Of a DNA stretch of 64,000 nt, positions 62,501 to 64,000 are shown piece by piece. A model generated the notes under the pieces. It worked only from the letters and a program-made list of their open reading frames with translations. It was not told the origin of the DNA and did no database searches. The position numbers and the translations under genes were made by a program. The stretch comes from Octopus sinensis (lineage: Eukaryota): NCBI RefSeq assembly GCF_006345805.1, contig NC_043011.1, positions 52,278,464 through 52,342,463 of the forward strand. Direction: 5' to 3'. Numbering within the stretch: the stretch's first letter is position 1; each line of letters starts with the position of its first letter.

Positions 62501-63910
62501 TGACCAAGGTTACATTATATGCCCCTGGGAATGTGGTCATAGCTATTGATATCATCTGGGAATTTTAATACCACCATCAACACTATTAATTTGGACATCT
62601 GTAACTCTTGGGTGGTAATGATGGAGGTGGCTGAAGTGAGGATGAGGAAATTGGCAGTGATGGCAGTGGTGTTAGTGGTTATGGTGGCGATGATGACAAT
62701 GATGATGGAGGGGGTTTCATGATATGTATTCAAGAATTATGCTTACAACAGCCTTTACTACAGAAGGAAATCAAAGACATTACTGACATCTTTAACAATG
62801 AAACAATGTTATGAAGTTTAATAAATTCATGCATCATAACAAAAATAAGAATATACATAAAACAGAATTTCAATAGATCGCGAATTTCAATTGGTGGTGA
62901 GCTGGCAGAATCGTTAACATGCTGGGTGAAATGCTTAACGGTATTTCGTCTGCCACTATGTTCTGAGTTCAAATTCCGCCGAGGTTGACTTTGCCTTTCA
63001 TCCTTTCGGGGTCGATAAATTAAATACCAGTTACGCACTAGGGTCGATATAATCTACTTAATCTCTTTGTCTGTCCTTGTTTGTCCACTCTATGTTTAGC
63101 CCCTTGTGGGCAATAAAGAAATAAGAATTTCAATAGATCCCATTAGTAAATATCAGGGATTTTTACCTATGGACCACTTTGATTATTATTTTACTCTACT
63201 GGACTCTCATAGCCTTTTGATGTTTAAAAAAATTCAATTATATTTTTATAATCAAATATTATTGGGAATTGTATAAAAATTTGTTAGAATATTTTGTGTT
63301 TTGTAGAAATATGACCCATTTATTGTACATTAAATTTTAAAAACTAGTTTATATGAATGAACATGCACACACATATACACACATACACATATTCTTGCAT
63401 CAGTCACCAAAGGAAACAAAAAGAGTCAGCCTTCTAAATTCTTTATTTTTCTACAATTCGCTTGCTTTTTCTATTCAATATTTTTATTAATTCCTTTTTT
63501 TTTCTCTCTGTCACTCCATCTTTTCAGACAAGTACAGAGAGGACAAGACTTTGATGGTGAGACCAGGACAAAAGGAAGCCAAGAATCTCTGCTTGATTCA
63601 TCTTCTCACTCAATGGTGACAACATTGACACAATCCCCAAAACAGAGACCTGCTAGTAAGGTCACCAATTCCAAAAGTTCTAACATCAGTAATGGTAACG
63701 TTGCAACCACAGTCACACCTGACCGGCTGTCACCTGCTCCGGCCTCTGCTTTAGAACGTCTCGACTCCCTTATAAAAGGGGTCCCACCTACTAACTCTTG
63801 TCATCCACCTAAAGAGGATATCTCCCCTCCTCCCACTGCTAAAGTTACTATGAAGAAAAAACCACAAATGCCAGAATACACTGAAGAAAAACCTGAAGTC
63901 TCATTACGAG
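32292..63910 (+). CDS. EPB41L5: FERM-domain band 4.1-like protein (EPB41L5/EPB41L4B/Yurt group), partial gene model of 8 exons: 32292-32389, 44000-44120, 47932-48019, 51668-51756, 53608-53677, 57396-57565, 59978-60130, 63528-63910
   Basis: All eight exons have AG/GT boundaries and consecutive phases match (2-1-2-0-2-0-2-2-1). Manual splice translation: [189 protein letters not shown]... This matches my recollection of the EPB41L5/Yurt FERM and FA region. The exact paralog assignment needs a phylogeny. Confidence 0.9.
32633..32863 (+). mobile_element. SINE family A with TSD
   Basis: AAGAAGCCTTC(A/T)CTGAA at 32617 and 32864. Confidence 0.9.
34553..34781. mobile_element. Foldback element between (TA)n tracts, with hammerhead-like motifs in both arms (Penelope-like terminal repeat or MITE)
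   Basis: 34553-34628 is the near-perfect reverse complement of 34632-34707; the right side extends to ...TTACTCCGG(TA)n; a rearranged second copy lies at about 59452-59554. Confidence 0.8.
34586..34623 (-). ncRNA. Degenerate minimal type-I hammerhead ribozyme-like motif
   Basis: Reverse complement reads CTGT-CTGACAA-ATG-GTAA-TGT-GAAA-CTCCGAG-TA-ACAG; sister copies at 34637-34674 (+) and 59484-59521 (+). Confidence 0.5.
37082..37578 (+). repeat. 27-bp minisatellite, about 18 copies, inside a family C SINE
   Basis: Unit GTACTGGTGATGGTACTACATGAAAAA; explains the (VMVLHEKVL)n ORF 37245..37520. Confidence 0.95.
41304..41537 (-). mobile_element. SINE family A with TSD
   Basis: CCTTACTACC at about 41296 and 41536. 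Confidence 0.9.
42340..42445. repeat. (TTC)n trinucleotide tract with TCGTCC interruptions
   Basis: Visible directly; explains the poly-R/S/F ORFs. Confidence 0.9.
44000..44120 (+). CDS. EPB41L5: FERM-M exon (121 bp)
   Basis: ttatttcag|CTGAACTT...GTCGG|gtaagg; encodes [40 protein letters not shown], also visible in ORF 43942..44124. Confidence 0.93.
46922..47338 (+). mobile_element. SINE family B, full length
   Basis: Near-identical to 52100-52503 and 61090-61478; minus copy near 42975-43325; partial copies near 2025-2148, 2690-2950, 26730-26850. Confidence 0.9.
47932..48019 (+). CDS. EPB41L5: FERM-M/C exon (88 bp)
   Basis: Long pyrimidine tract, ttacag|TGGTTTA...GTCATT|gtaagt; encodes [29 protein letters not shown]. 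Confidence 0.93.
48706..48924. mobile_element. hAT-type MITE
   Basis: TIRs CAGTGCTTTTCAAAC / GTTGAAAACCACTG; perfect 8-bp TSD CACTAAAC at 48698-48705 and 48925-48932; inserted in a family D SINE head. Confidence 0.92.
49824..51170. repeat. Long spacerless inverted repeat centred on (AT)n near 50496
   Basis: The arms are reverse complements with few substitutions and one indel of about 13 bp; near-identical ORFs appear on opposite strands (50058..50249 - and 50757..51122 +). Confidence 0.95.
50996..51469 (+). mobile_element. Two complete family A SINEs in tandem with a triplicated TSD
   Basis: (G/A)TATGTTTAAAACAG at 50983, 51229 and 51471. Confidence 0.92.
51668..51756 (+). CDS. EPB41L5: FERM-C exon (89 bp)
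   Basis: attttag|GGCCGT...TTCTG|gtaagt; encodes [29 protein letters not shown](W). Confidence 0.93.
53168..53398 (+). mobile_element. SINE family A, full length
   Basis: Complete head-to-GAAATA copy; further copies at 56847-57080 and 62892-63123; older degenerate copies near 14900-15340, 24020-24900, 35190-35380, 55560-55990, 60420-60590. Confidence 0.9.
53608..53677 (+). CDS. EPB41L5: FERM-C exon (70 bp)
   Basis: tttgtag|GCCAAAG...GACAAG|gtaagt; encodes (W)[23 protein letters not shown]. Confidence 0.93.
54164..54929 (+). mobile_element. SINE family A tetramer (one head, four bodies) inside a single 16-bp TSD
   Basis: Body starts at 54213, 54378, 54562, 54746 (period 184 bp after a first unit of 165 bp); AGAAACATGATCAGTT at 54145-54160 and 54930-54945. 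Confidence 0.92.
57396..57565 (+). CDS. EPB41L5: FERM-C/FA exon (170 bp)
   Basis: aacag|GGCAAT...TACAG|gtcagt; encodes [56 protein letters not shown] (ORF 57420..57635). Confidence 0.94.
59452..59554 (+). mobile_element. Internally deleted copy of the 34553-34781 foldback element
   Basis: (TA)n-CCGGAGTAAACACATAAATGTGAAACAA (reverse complement of about 34751-34778) is fused to AACTGTCCAACGAACGGGAACATGAAACTCCGAGTAACAGG...AAATAAAG-(TA)n. Confidence 0.85.
59978..60130 (+). CDS. EPB41L5: FERM-adjacent (FA) exon (153 bp)
   Basis: ttaacag|TGGCTAC...AGAAA|gtacgt; encodes (S)[50 protein letters not shown]. Confidence 0.9.
63528..63910 (+). CDS. EPB41L5: Post-FA low-complexity (S/T/P-rich) exon (383 bp)
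   Basis: ttttcag|ACAAGTA...TTACGAG|gtgaga; phase matches the previous exon and the frame joins ORF 63613..63945 ([13 protein letters not shown]...). No homology evidence for this segment. Confidence 0.78.
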
Positions 63911-64000
63911 GTGAGAATTGGTTTTGCAAATTTTTTTGTTTTTGATAATCCATTATTGTCTTCCTCCTCCTTTTCTCTTTCTTCACTTTTTTTCTTTTTT

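Overview
AT-rich, microsatellite-dense eukaryotic genomic DNA. The repeat landscape looks like an octopus or other coleoid cephalopod; this is inferred from recalled repeat families and not verified. The window holds the middle of one + strand, multi-exon gene for a FERM/band 4.1 protein of the EPB41L5/EPB41L4B/Yurt group. Eight exons with canonical AG/GT sites and matching phases run from 32292 to 63910 and encode FERM-M, FERM-C, the FERM-adjacent region and the start of a Ser/Thr/Pro-rich tail. The FERM-N exons were not found and probably lie upstream, which would make 1-32291 mostly one large intron; the gene continues past 64000. The introns contain four SINE families, piggyBac-like and hAT MITEs, two non-autonomous Helitrons, a mariner 5' fragment, RLE-type (R4/Dong-like), RTE-like and Tx1/L1-like LINE fragments, and two solo-LTR candidates. 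The most notable observations are: (1) a foldback element whose arms and a third copy carry a degenerate minimal type-I hammerhead ribozyme motif; (2) a spacerless intronic palindrome of about 1.35 kb centred on (AT)n; (3) SINE multimers with one recurrent junction, including a tetramer inside a single target-site duplication; (4) repeated insertion at one exact target site; (5) an element family embedded in (TAA)n tracts.
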